A DNA stretch of 36,744 nt, taken from positions 1 to 36,744 of the forward strand of contig JACPGD010000167.1 in NCBI GenBank assembly GCA_016182645.1. Reading direction: 5' to 3'. Both the position numbers and the translations under genes were made by a program. The stretch's first letter is position 1; every line of letters starts with the position of its first letter. Of the stretch, positions 1 to 10,363 are shown one piece after another. The DNA is from Candidatus Hydrogenedentota bacterium. Its GTDB lineage: Bacteria > Hydrogenedentota > Hydrogenedentia > Hydrogenedentales > JACPGD01. The notes below the pieces were generated by a model. It was not told where the DNA came from and did not search any database. It worked only from the letters and a program-made list of their open reading frames with translations.

Positions 1-63
1 CGCTACATCATGCTCCTCATCAAATCCATCCCTGAGTGGCAATTCAAGAAGATGAAGTTGTAG
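1..63 (+). CDS. 3' end of a short-chain dehydrogenase, DprE2-like (partial, runs in from the left edge)
   Basis: Frame 1 reads RYIMLLIKSIPEWQFKKMKL*, resembling the C-terminus of DprE2-like SDRs. It lies 2 bp upstream of a UbiA/DPPR-synthase gene. Only 20 codons are visible. Confidence 0.55.
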   Translation, partial: RYIMLLIKSIPEWQFKKMKL

Positions 64-65
64 GC

Positions 66-953
66 GTGGGTGAACTGGGCAGAAAGCTTATCCTGATTGG
101 GCGCACGTTGCGCGTGTACCAGTGGACGAAGAACCTGCTGGTGCTGGCGGCGCTCATTTTTTCGCAGGAATTCCTGGATCTCGACAAGGTCCTCATCAAC
201 CTGGCCGCGCTGCTGGCCTTCTGCCTGGCTTCGAGCGCCACGTACATCATCAATGACATTGTCGACATCGAGAAGGACCGCGCCCATCCGAAGAAACGCC
301 GGCGCCCCATTGCCAGCGGCGCGGTCGACGTCCCGGTGGCGGCGGTGCTGGCGGCCGTACTGCTGGCAGGCGCGGGCCTTGTGGGCTGGCTGGTGCGCCC
401 GCCATTTCTCGCGGCGATGCTCACCTATGTCGCCCTGACCCTGAGCTACAGTTTCTGGCTGAAAAACGTGCTGCTGATCGACGTGCTCTTGCTTGCCATG
501 GGATTCGTTGTGCGCGCCATCGCCGGGGCCATTGCGATCGAAGTGACGTTCTCGAACTGGCTCGTCGTCTGCACGTTATTCCTGGCATTGTTCCTGGGGC
601 TGAGCAAACGGCGACACGAACTGGCCCTGCTCGAAGACAACGCCGCCGAGCACCGGGAGGTGCTCCACCAATACAGCATCCAGTTCCTCGACCAACTCAT
701 CCTGATGATGGCCGGCGCGGCGCTCATCACCTATACCATCTATACCTGCTCCCCGGAGGTCATCGAGCGTCTCCATACGCAGAACCTCTATCTGACCCTG
801 CCCTTCGTCGTCTACGGCCTCGCGCGCTACCTCTACCTCGTCCACCACAAGACCGGCGGCGGCGACCCCAGCAGCACCCTCCTCAGCGACTGGCCCCTCG
901 GCGTCACCGTGCTGGGTTGGGGGATAGCCTGCGTCTTGATCATTTATGTGTAA
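66..953 (+). CDS. UbiA-family prenyltransferase, decaprenyl-phosphate phosphoribosyltransferase-like
   Basis: Motifs RVYQWTKNLLV, YIINDIVDIEKDRAHPKKRRRPIASG, LSKRRHEL and GGDPS, with many TM segments. Start placed at GTG 66, just after the upstream stop. Confidence 0.9.
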   Translation: MGELGRKLILIGRTLRVYQWTKNLLVLAALIFSQEFLDLDKVLINLAALLAFCLASSATYIINDIVDIEKDRAHPKKRRRPIASGAVDVPVAAVLAAVLLAGAGLVGWLVRPPFLAAMLTYVALTLSYSFWLKNVLLIDVLLLAMGFVVRAIAGAIAIEVTFSNWLVVCTLFLALFLGLSKRRHELALLEDNAAEHREVLHQYSIQFLDQLILMMAGAALITYTIYTCSPEVIERLHTQNLYLTLPFVVYGLARYLYLVHHKTGGGDPSSTLLSDWPLGVTVLGWGIACVLIIYV

Positions 954-962
954 AGTCTAAAC

Positions 963-988
963 CGCAGATTACGCAGATATTCGCAGAT
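963..988. repeat. Micro-array of 3 x CGCAGAT (9-10 bp period)
   Basis: cgcagat at 963, 972 and 982, starting 10 bp after the ubiA-like stop. Confidence 0.7.
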
Positions 989-1031
989 GTGCATGGTCCA
1001 CTTCAGTTACTTGCATTGAAGAATGGATGAG

Positions 1032-1157
1032 CCTAATTCCGGCAATTGGAACACATTCTGGAAACATGGGTGGCAGCTTTAAGCGCGGCGACGACTTGAG
1101 TTTTCGCAGGTCAGACTTGTGTCCCGCGCTTAAGGCTGCCCTCTCCAATTGGGTGAG
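1032..1157 (+). repeat. Dispersed hairpin element, copy 1
   Basis: cctaattccggcaattgg head, then arms ggcagctttaagcgcgg (1072-1088) and ccgcgcttaaggctgcc (1124-1140). Homologous to the copies at 10364-10598. Lies between convergent genes. Confidence 0.85.
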
Positions 1158-1159
1158 CC

Positions 1160-1801
1160 TCAGGCTTGCTTGTCCGCGCCCCGCGGACCGTACAATTCCT
1201 CGCGGTGTTTGTAATACTGCATGGCGGCGCGGTGCTGGCGGTCATTGCGCATGACGCAGGAGACGTCGGTGATGCGCAGCGTGGCCAGGCCGTCGGGCTC
1301 GCCCACCGTGGTGATGAGTTCCACCTGGACATAGCCGTCGCCCACGTATTGCACGAAACCGCCGACCTGGCTGTAGTCGTGGTCGGTGGTCACGCGCAGG
1401 GAGACGATTTCTTCCGCCTCGAGGGCGCGCTGTAACTCGTCTTCCACACAGTCTTCACTCTCTTCGCTGATCCCGGCATCGCCGCCGCCGATCAGGTGCA
1501 GGCCGCGCTCGTGCAGCAGTTGCACGCGCCGCAATTTTCGTGTGTTTTGCGCAATCTCGAGGATTTGGCGGATGCCGAAGGCGGTGGTGCCGTCGGGCTC
1601 GCCTTCGCAGGTCAATTCCTGCAAGAGCACTGTTTCCTCGCCCAGGCTGCGCACAAAACCAACGTGCGATTGTTCCAGGTTCTGCGGATTGGCATAAATC
1701 TGGACCAAAGTTTTCGAGACCCGTGCCTGTGTCAATATCTTCCGGAACAAATCGCCTTTATTCGCTTCCCGCAATATCTCGCGCAACAGGTCGTCGCTCA
1801 T
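1160..1801 (-). CDS. Hypothetical protein with two tandem homologous beta-rich domains
   Basis: Likely start MSDDLL at 1801. Internal repeat VGFVRSLGEETVLLQELTCEGEPDG / GGFVQYVGDGYVQVELITTVGEPDG. Confidence 0.75.
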   Translation of the reverse strand: MSDDLLREILREANKGDLFRKILTQARVSKTLVQIYANPQNLEQSHVGFVRSLGEETVLLQELTCEGEPDGTTAFGIRQILEIAQNTRKLRRVQLLHERGLHLIGGGDAGISEESEDCVEDELQRALEAEEIVSLRVTTDHDYSQVGGFVQYVGDGYVQVELITTVGEPDGLATLRITDVSCVMRNDRQHRAAMQYYKHREELYGPRGADKQA

Positions 1802-1995
1802 AGGAGGTATTTCCTGAATGTTATGCTTCCTTGACCAGACTTGAATACACGCCTCCCGCTGGCGGTGCACAAGGACGGTGAAGGGCATGCGCCCTTTGCC
1901 GCCGGAGATCCCCACCTCCGGCAAGCGACAGATCCCAAGTCGTCAACTGCCTCCCCCGAATAATACCACAGAAGCGGCCTGGCGTTGCGAGTCCA

Positions 1996-2022
1996 TGCAC
2001 GAGATGGACGAGGTGGACGAGA
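1996..2022. repeat. 9-bp GGAC-core micro-array
   Basis: tgcacgaga tggacgagg tggacgaga, directly beyond the fumC stop. Confidence 0.7.
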
Positions 2023-2025
2023 CGC

Positions 2026-3417
<1,392 letters not shown>

Positions 3418-3558
3418 GCCATGATTCTCCCTGCGGCCACACCGCCGCGTGCTTGGATTTGCCCCTGCTCGAGAGCGCCAACGCTCTCCTCAGCCCCATG
3501 TCCGCTATCATAGAGGACGGCCCCGGCGCGCTTCCAACTCCAGCGCAATTCAATCCGG

Positions 3559-3587
3559 TTGCTCAACAGGTGTACACCCCGTATAAT
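3559..3587 (+). promoter_or_regulatory. Sigma70-type promoter for the metal-efflux operon
   Basis: TTGCTC (3559-3564), 17 bp, TATAAT (3582-3587). The spacer contains the palindrome GGTGTACACC. Confidence 0.6.
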
Positions 3588-3618
3588 TACCCAAGTCCTT
3601 CTTGAGATGATCTACTTG

Positions 3619-4035
3619 ATGTGTACGCGCCACATAACGGGCCACATGATGGTCTTTCTGTTGTCCGCGCTTCTGGTGCTGTCCGGAAGTGCGGAGATCG
3701 GCCTATGTTTCAGCGAGGACCACGTGGGCGCCTGGGCCGCCAGCGCGCAGGACGGCTGCTGCTCTGCCTCCAGGGGGGTGCATGGGCTGGTGCCAACCTC
3801 GGTGTCGGGCGATGGCCGCGAGAGTGATTGCTTCGACTGCATGGACGTGCATCTGCCAAGCCTGACCCTCCCGCTGCGCGTTGTGCCAGTGGACACGCTG
3901 CCGCTGGTGTACACCGCGACAATGGCGCCTGAAGCGTGGTCTCTGCCGGCGCTCTCGTGCGCGCTGGCTGAGGCGGTGTCCGGTACGGGGCACGCGCCCC
4001 CTTCCCCCCTCCTCGGGGACTTCCTGCGTATTTGA
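3619..4035 (+). CDS. Small Cys/His-containing exported or membrane protein preceding czcC (DUF2946-like putative metal-binding protein)
   Basis: Hydrophobic N-terminus, CFSEDH, GCCS, CFDCMDVH and a C-terminal APP...LRI. The start must lie downstream of the promoter (ATG at 3607, 3619 or 3646; uncertain). Confidence 0.6.
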   Translation: MCTRHITGHMMVFLLSALLVLSGSAEIGLCFSEDHVGAWAASAQDGCCSASRGVHGLVPTSVSGDGRESDCFDCMDVHLPSLTLPLRVVPVDTLPLVYTATMAPEAWSLPALSCALAEAVSGTGHAPPSPLLGDFLRI

Positions 4036-4124
4036 TACTTCCTTCCTTCACGCCTGCGCGGGGATAGTGTGTTTCCGCGGGGCGCCCTTCGTGTTCTGTT
4101 TAGCCTGCGAAGTGTTTCCTGAGA

Positions 4125-5672
4125 ATGCTTGAGAGTGCAATGTGCGGTGTTCTTGATTCAAGAGTGTTGTTGGCGATTCTGGTGCTGACACCTTGTCTGG
4201 CGTGGTCCCAGGGACGCGACGGGGACGTCGCGTCCACGGCTGATGATGCGGTATTGACCCTGGCGGCGGCGCTGGAACGGGTGGAACGGGAGAATCCGCG
4301 GCTGCGGGCGTTTGTCTGGGAACTGGAGGCCGCGCAGGCGCGAGTACTTCAGGCGCGGTTGCGGCCGAATCCGGAACTGGCGCTGGAAGTCGAGGATTTT
4401 CGCTTGGGCGGCGGGTCAGGAGGCGCGGCGTGGGAGCAGGAGTTTGGCCTGGGCCTGGAGAACGGCGGCTTCGACGCGGGCATCAGCAGAACGCGGGAGC
4501 CGGACGGCCCGAGTGGCCTCAGCGGTGCGGAAATCACGCTCAGCCTGGCTCAGGTGGTCGAGTTGGGCGGTAAACGGGCGCGGCGCGTGAAGGCGGCGAC
4601 GGCGGAAGAGGAAACGGTAGCGCGCGAATATGAAGTCTTGCGCGCGGACGTGTTGGCCGCGGCGGTCGTGGCCTTCATCGACGTGCTTGCCGTCGAAGCG
4701 GACCTGGCGGTGTCGCGGGAAGTATTGCGTGTTCTGACGGAGAGCGAGGCGGCCATCGCGTTGCGCGTCGAGGCGGGCAAAGTCTCGCCGCTGGAACTCA
4801 AGAAAATCCGCATCGAGCGGGAAAACCAGCGGATCGACGAGGAACGGACCGCGGCCCGCCTGCAAGCCGCGCGCCTGGCCTTGGCTGCGTTTTGGGGCGC
4901 CCCTCAGGCTGATTTCAGCGCGGTGGCGGGGGATCTCGCCGGGATTACGCCGGTTGCGCCGCTGGATCAATTGCAGGCGCGGGTGATGGAGAGCCCGGAC
5001 TTGTTGCGTTGGGCGGCGCAGGCGCAGGTGGAACTCGCGAAAGTTGCCCTACGCCGGGCGGAGGCTGTCCCCAATGTGACGGTGCGCCTAGGGGTGAGAA
5101 GCACGGCGTTGGATGCAGGCGGTGAGCGTGGCTGGCGCCTCAGTACGGACGAGGCGGTGTTCACACGCACGCGTGATGACGATGGGCGTACGGAATCACT
5201 GGTGTTTGAAGTGGGCCTGCCCCTGCCGCTGTTCAACCGCAATCAGGGCGCCATCCTTGAGGCGGAACACCTGGCGCGCCGCGCCGATGCAGAGGGCGGG
5301 GCCGTGACGGCAGAAGTGAACAATGGCCTGGCGCGCTTGCACGGGGAATTGGAGGCGGTCCGGAAGCAACTCGAAGCGCTGGGACAAGAGGTGATTCCCC
5401 TGGCCTCCGCGGCGCTTGAGGGAGCGCGGCTGGGATACCAGGAGGGCAAGTTCGGCATCCTGGACCTGATTGACGCGGAACGCACGTTTGCGAGTGTGCG
5501 GCAGCAGCGCACGGCGGCCCAGGCGGAATGGCACCGGCTGCGGGTACAACTGGAACGATTGATTGGGGCGCCGATGGCGGGGGAGGCAGGGGACCAAGAG
5601 GACGAAATGGACGAAAGCGATGGGACACCCGAAGCGGGTGGTCAGCGTGAGGATCTAAATCATGAAGAGTAA
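4125..5672 (+). CDS. czcC: TolC-family outer membrane factor, CzcC-like
   Basis: Signal peptide, LTLAAAL, QARLRPNPEL, ELGGKRARR, PLPLFNRNQG and YQEGKFGILDLIDAER. First of the OMF-MFP-RND trio. Confidence 0.9.
   Translation: MLESAMCGVLDSRVLLAILVLTPCLAWSQGRDGDVASTADDAVLTLAAALERVERENPRLRAFVWELEAAQARVLQARLRPNPELALEVEDFRLGGGSGGAAWEQEFGLGLENGGFDAGISRTREPDGPSGLSGAEITLSLAQVVELGGKRARRVKAATAEEETVAREYEVLRADVLAAAVVAFIDVLAVEADLAVSREVLRVLTESEAAIALRVEAGKVSPLELKKIRIERENQRIDEERTAARLQAARLALAAFWGAPQADFSAVAGDLAGITPVAPLDQLQARVMESPDLLRWAAQAQVELAKVALRRAEAVPNVTVRLGVRSTALDAGGERGWRLSTDEAVFTRTRDDDGRTESLVFEVGLPLPLFNRNQGAILEAEHLARRADAEGGAVTAEVNNGLARLHGELEAVRKQLEALGQEVIPLASAALEGARLGYQEGKFGILDLIDAERTFASVRQQRTAAQAEWHRLRVQLERLIGAPMAGEAGDQEDEMDESDGTPEAGGQREDLNHEE
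5591..5617. repeat. 9-bp GGAC-core micro-array inside the czcC 3' end
   Basis: ggaccaaga ggacgaaat ggacgaaag, encoding the acidic tail DQEDEMDES. Confidence 0.6.
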
Positions 5673-7221
5673 ATGGCTTCTGAGACGCATTAATACGGCT
5701 GTGCTGGGGCTCGGCTGCGTGCTGGCGGCGATCATTCTTGCAAGCACGTTTGTGGACGCGTCCCGGAAGGGCGAAGCTCCCGCTGAGCCGGTCGAGGCCG
5801 CGAATCATGTCCACGAGGAGGGACCGCAGGCTGCCGCCGCCAACGCGGATGAATCCGCTGGTGCTGAAGAGCATGTGGTGGCGAAAGGGCAGCAGGGACA
5901 TGAACTACCAGATCCACCAAAATCACTAACGCCAGCGGACACATGTTGTCCGGCCCCAGGCGCGGCGCCAGGGTTGGCAAAGACGGCCACCGGGGCGGAG
6001 GGAGCCCCCGAGGTGGAAGGGCACGAGGGAGTGGAAATGCACGAGAGAGCGGAGGAGCACGAGGCAGCGGAAGAACACGAGGTAGAACTGTGTGGGGAAC
6101 ACAATGTGGCCGAGGCCGAATGCGGCATCTGCAATCCGGCCGCGACGGCCGCGCTTCGTCCCGGAGAAGGGCTGAAGATTCGGCTGGCGGCGGAACACGC
6201 TGCCGAGCGCGCAGGCGTTGAGGTGGGACCGCCGTCCGCGGGGGCCGCCGCGGAAGGGGCGGAGTTCCTGGCGCGCGTGACCTACAACCAGAACCGCGTT
6301 GCCCACGTCACGCCGCGTGTTTCGGGGGTCGTCGATGAAGTGTTGGCTGATTTGGGCGCGGAGGTGGGGGCCGGAACGCCGCTGGCCCGTGTGAGCGCAC
6401 CCGAGGCGGCCCAAGCCTGGGGCGAATTGCAGAGCGCCGAGGCGGAAGAGGCCCTGGCCCGGGAGATCCACGCGCGAGAGAAAATGCTGTGGGAGAAGGA
6501 AGTCAGTTCCACCCAGGAATACCGGACGGCCGAGGCGGCGCTGCGGCAAGCGCGGATTCGGACGCAACTCGCAGGCGAACAACTGAACAATCTGGGGGTC
6601 CAGGCCGAGGGCGGAGCGCGGGGCGGTTCGTCCATCACGGTGACCACGCCGCTTGCCGGAACGATTGTGGACCGGCATGCCGTGGTGGGCGAGACGGTCG
6701 AGCGGGGCGATGCGCTCTTCACCGTGGCCGATCTCTCCGGCATGTGGTTGGAACTAACGGTGCCCGTGGCGGCGGTGGCCGCGGTGCACACCGGCGACGC
6801 GGTGGAGGCGCGGTTTCAAGGTCTTGAGGGCATGGTCTTGGAGGGGACGGTCGAGTGGATTGACGCCAAGGTGGATCCAGACAGCCGCACGGTGCGGGCG
6901 CGCGCCTCCGTGGCAAACCCGGCGGCCGTGCTCAAGGACGGCATGGTGGGCAAGGTGCGGGTCCAGCATGGCGCGGCCCTCAGCGCGCTCCATGTTCCGG
7001 CAGAGTCCATCCAGGAATTTGACGGCAAGCCGTATGTCTTCGTGAAGCTCGCGGCTGATCTGTACGAGGTGCGGCAGGTCGCACTGGGGCAGGCGCGTGA
7101 AGGGCGCGTGGCGGTGGTGGAGGGGCTGGCGCCGGAAGAGGACATTGTGCTCGCGCGCAGCTTCACGGTGAAATCCGAATTCCTCAAGTCTCGCCTCGGC
7201 GCGGGCTGCACGGACGAATGA
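5662..7221 (+). CDS. czcB: RND periplasmic adaptor (MFP), CzcB-like, with His/Glu/Cys-rich N-terminal extension
   Basis: N-terminal TM anchor, VTPRVSGVV..V..LG..V..G, helical hairpin, TPLAGTIV.R...GE.V..G..LFTVADLS and LKDGM.G.V. Confidence 0.9.
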   Translation: MKSKWLLRRINTAVLGLGCVLAAIILASTFVDASRKGEAPAEPVEAANHVHEEGPQAAAANADESAGAEEHVVAKGQQGHELPDPPKSLTPADTCCPAPGAAPGLAKTATGAEGAPEVEGHEGVEMHERAEEHEAAEEHEVELCGEHNVAEAECGICNPAATAALRPGEGLKIRLAAEHAAERAGVEVGPPSAGAAAEGAEFLARVTYNQNRVAHVTPRVSGVVDEVLADLGAEVGAGTPLARVSAPEAAQAWGELQSAEAEEALAREIHAREKMLWEKEVSSTQEYRTAEAALRQARIRTQLAGEQLNNLGVQAEGGARGGSSITVTTPLAGTIVDRHAVVGETVERGDALFTVADLSGMWLELTVPVAAVAAVHTGDAVEARFQGLEGMVLEGTVEWIDAKVDPDSRTVRARASVANPAAVLKDGMVGKVRVQHGAALSALHVPAESIQEFDGKPYVFVKLAADLYEVRQVALGQAREGRVAVVEGLAPEEDIVLARSFTVKSEFLKSRLGAGCTDE

Positions 7222-7224
7222 GGC

Positions 7225-7260
7225 GTCTGACAGGTCTTACTGGTCCGACAGGTCTTCGAG
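7225..7260. repeat. 9-bp micro-array in GTC(C/T) orientation between czcB and czcA
   Basis: gtctgacag gtcttactg gtccgacag gtcttcgag. Confidence 0.75.
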
Positions 7261-7276
7261 TTCACAGGAGGTACGC

Positions 7277-10200
7277 TTGCTCGATCAATTGGTTGCCGGG
7301 GCGCTGCGCCAGCGGCTGGTGTTATTGTTGGTGTTTGCGGCGGTGCTGGCCGCGGGCGCGTGGGCGTTGCTGCGCTTGCCCATCGACGCGTTTCCCGATA
7401 CCACGCCTATTCAGGTACAAATCAACACCGTGGCGCCGGCGTTGAATGGCGACGAAATCGAGCAGCAAATCACGCAGCCGATCGAGCTGGCCGTTTCCGG
7501 CCTGCCGGGGCTCGCGTCGGTGCGCTCGGTGTCGAAGTTCGGCCTGTCCCAAGTCGTGGCCACGTTCAGCGACGCCACCAGCATCTTCGACGCTCGCCAA
7601 TTCATTCTCGAGCGGATGGGCTCCGTCGAACTGCCGGAAAGCATTGAACGCCCGGAACTGGGCCCCATCTCGACGGGCCTTGGCGAAGTGTTCCATTACC
7701 TGGTGCGTTCCGAGGATCCGGAATGGACGCTCGAGAAATTGCGCACGCTGCACGACTGGGTGATCAAGCCGGAACTGCTCAAGGTCAGCGGTGTGGCCGA
7801 GGTGAACTCGTGGGGCGGTTATGAGCGGCAGTACGAAGTGGTAGCGAAGCCGGAATCACTCATCGCCTATGGGATCACCCTCGCCGAGCTCTTTGAGGCC
7901 CTCGAAAACAATAATCGCAATGTGGGCGGGGGCGAAATCGTCGAATCCGGCCAGTCCTATCTGGTGCACGGATTGGGCCGGGTCAGCGGCTTGGACGATA
8001 TCGGGCGGATTGTCATTCGTACAGTAAACGGACTGCCGATTCATGTGCACGACGTCGCCGGCGTGCAAATCGGCCACGAGATCCGGCGCGGCGCGGTCAC
8101 GGCGGAGGGCAAAGGGGAGGCGGTGCTCGGTCTGGCATTCATGCTCATGGGTGAAAACAGCCACGAGGTCACGCGCGCCTTACGCGAGCGCCTGGACAGC
8201 GTGCGCCCCTACCTGCCGGAAGGCGTGGAAGTTCAAGTTGTCTACGACCGGACGCAGCTCGTCTACGAAGTCCTGAACACGGTCCGGCACAATCTGACCA
8301 GCGGCGCTGTCCTGGTGGTGGCCGTGCTGCTCCTGCTGCTGGGCAGTATTCAGGCCGGAATACTGGTGGCCATCGCGATCCCGATGGCCATGCTCTTCGC
8401 CGCGCTGGGCATGTACGAATTGGGCATCGCCGCCAGCCTGCTCAGTCTCGGCGCCATCGACTTCGGCATTCTGGTGGACGGTTCCGTGGTGATGGCGGAA
8501 CTCAACCTGCGCCGTCTCGCCGAAAAGACGCGCGCCTTGGGGAGACGCTTGACCGAAGAGGAGCGCGTTGCCACTGTCGCCGCCTCAGCCACGGAAGTCG
8601 CGCGGCCCATTCTGTTTGGCATGGGCATCATCACCATTGTCTTCCTGCCCATCCTGACGCTCGAGGGCACGGAAGGCAAACTGTTCCGGCCGATGGCGCT
8701 CACGTTCATTTCGGCGCTGGCCGGCGCGCTGCTCATCGCGCTGTTTTTGTCGCCCGCCCTCTCTTATTACTTCTTGCCGCGGCGTTTCGGCCGCGCCCGG
8801 TTTTCGCCCATGCGCTGGATCGAAGAACTTTACGCCCGGATCTTGCGCGGGGCCGTGGCGGTGCGTGGCGTAATCCTGGGCAGTGTTGCGGTGTTGCTGG
8901 CCGTCACAGTGGTCCTCGCGCTACGGCTCGGCGGCGAGTTCCTGCCGCGTTTGAGCGAGGGATCGACCGTGGTCAACGTGGTGCGGCTGGCGGGTATCGC
9001 ACTTGACGAGAGTATTGCCTATAACACGAAGATGGAGCAGTTGCTCCTCGAAGAATTCCCGAACGAGATCGAACACATCTGGACGCGCATCGGCACGGCG
9101 GAAGTCGCCACCGACCCCATGGGAATCGAATTGAGCGACATCTTCATGACCCTGAAGCCGCGCGAACAATGGGTGCGCGCGTCGTCTCAGGAGGAACTGG
9201 TGGGCGAGATGGAGTCGGCGCTGGCGGGGCTTCCGGGACAGAATCCGGTCTTTACGCAACCCATCGAAATGCGCATGAACGAACTCATCTCGGGCATCCG
9301 CTCCGACATCGGCATCATCGTTTTCGGCGACGATTTTGCCGAACTTGATCGGATCAGCCAGGAGATTCAAGCCATCCTGGTGGAAATCGAAGGGGCAGCG
9401 GATGTGTCGGCCGATCAACTGACCGGGCTGCCGATTCTGTGGATCGATGTGCAGCCGGAGCACCTCGAACAATTCGGCGTGCCCGCAGCCGATGTCCTGG
9501 ATTTTATCCAGGCGCTCGGCAATCGCCAAGTCGGTGAAGTGTTTGAGGGGCAGCGCGTTTTTCCACTGGTGGTGCGGCTGCCTGAGGACCTGCGCGACAA
9601 TCGCGCGCTGCTGCGCCAAGTGCTTGTGCCCAACAGCGCGGGCGCGGTGCAGCCGCTCGCTCTGCTGGCCGATGTCCGCGAGGAAGGCGGTTACGCCACG
9701 ATCAACCGCGAATGGGGACGGCGCGTCATGCGCGTGCAAACGAATGTGCGTGGCCGCGACGTGGTCTCGTTTCTGGAGGAGGCGCAACGGCGCGTGGCGG
9801 AGTCCGTGAAGTTGCCGGAAGGCTACGTCATCGATTGGAGCGGCCAGTTCGAGAACCTGCAACGCTCGCAGCGGCGTTTGGCGCTAGTGGTGCCGCTCAC
9901 CTTGCTCATTGTCTTCATCCTGCTTTACTTCAGTTTGGGCCAGCTTCGCGACGTGCTGATTGTCTACTCCGGTATTCCGTTTGCCGCGGTAGGCGGAGTG
10001 CTCGCGCTGTATTGGCGCGGCATTCCCTTCAGTGTCAGCGCCGCCGTCGGATTCATTGCCCTCGCGGGGATTGCCGTGCTCAATGGCCAGATCATGATCG
10101 AAGCCATGCGCCGCGCCAGCACGCAACATGGGATTGCCCGTGGCCTCATCGAAGGCGCGCGCCAGCGCCTGCGCCCGGTGCTGGCCACCACCATCACCGA

Positions 10201-10354
10201 TGCGCTGGGTTTTCTGCCGATGGCCCTGTCCACCGGAGTGGGCGCGGAGGTGCAACGTCCGCTGGCGACCGTAGTCGTGGCCGGCGTGGCCAGCAGCACG
10301 CTGCTGACGCTTTTCGTGCTGCCGATCCTGTATCGCATGACGCACCGGGAGTAG
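7277..10354 (+). CDS. czcA: CusA/CzcA-family heavy-metal efflux RND transporter
   Basis: 1025 aa; LPIDAFPD, ELGPISTGLGEV, SLGAIDFGILVDG, EGKLFRPMA, RLRPVL and GAEVQRPLATVV. TTG start with an AGGAGG RBS. Confidence 0.96.
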   Translation: MLDQLVAGALRQRLVLLLVFAAVLAAGAWALLRLPIDAFPDTTPIQVQINTVAPALNGDEIEQQITQPIELAVSGLPGLASVRSVSKFGLSQVVATFSDATSIFDARQFILERMGSVELPESIERPELGPISTGLGEVFHYLVRSEDPEWTLEKLRTLHDWVIKPELLKVSGVAEVNSWGGYERQYEVVAKPESLIAYGITLAELFEALENNNRNVGGGEIVESGQSYLVHGLGRVSGLDDIGRIVIRTVNGLPIHVHDVAGVQIGHEIRRGAVTAEGKGEAVLGLAFMLMGENSHEVTRALRERLDSVRPYLPEGVEVQVVYDRTQLVYEVLNTVRHNLTSGAVLVVAVLLLLLGSIQAGILVAIAIPMAMLFAALGMYELGIAASLLSLGAIDFGILVDGSVVMAELNLRRLAEKTRALGRRLTEEERVATVAASATEVARPILFGMGIITIVFLPILTLEGTEGKLFRPMALTFISALAGALLIALFLSPALSYYFLPRRFGRARFSPMRWIEELYARILRGAVAVRGVILGSVAVLLAVTVVLALRLGGEFLPRLSEGSTVVNVVRLAGIALDESIAYNTKMEQLLLEEFPNEIEHIWTRIGTAEVATDPMGIELSDIFMTLKPREQWVRASSQEELVGEMESALAGLPGQNPVFTQPIEMRMNELISGIRSDIGIIVFGDDFAELDRISQEIQAILVEIEGAADVSADQLTGLPILWIDVQPEHLEQFGVPAADVLDFIQALGNRQVGEVFEGQRVFPLVVRLPEDLRDNRALLRQVLVPNSAGAVQPLALLADVREEGGYATINREWGRRVMRVQTNVRGRDVVSFLEEAQRRVAESVKLPEGYVIDWSGQFENLQRSQRRLALVVPLTLLIVFILLYFSLGQLRDVLIVYSGIPFAAVGGVLALYWRGIPFSVSAAVGFIALAGIAVLNGQIMIEAMRRASTQHGIARGLIEGARQRLRPVLATTITDALGFLPMALSTGVGAEVQRPLATVVVAGVASSTLLTLFVLPILYRMTHRE

Positions 10355-10363
10355 ACGGATAAC

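Noticed and set aside
1027-1254. Small ORFs sharing GGSFKR (1027-1254 + and 10500-10682 -)
   Set aside because: The similarity is simply translation of the palindromic repeat arms; lengths and flanks are not conserved.
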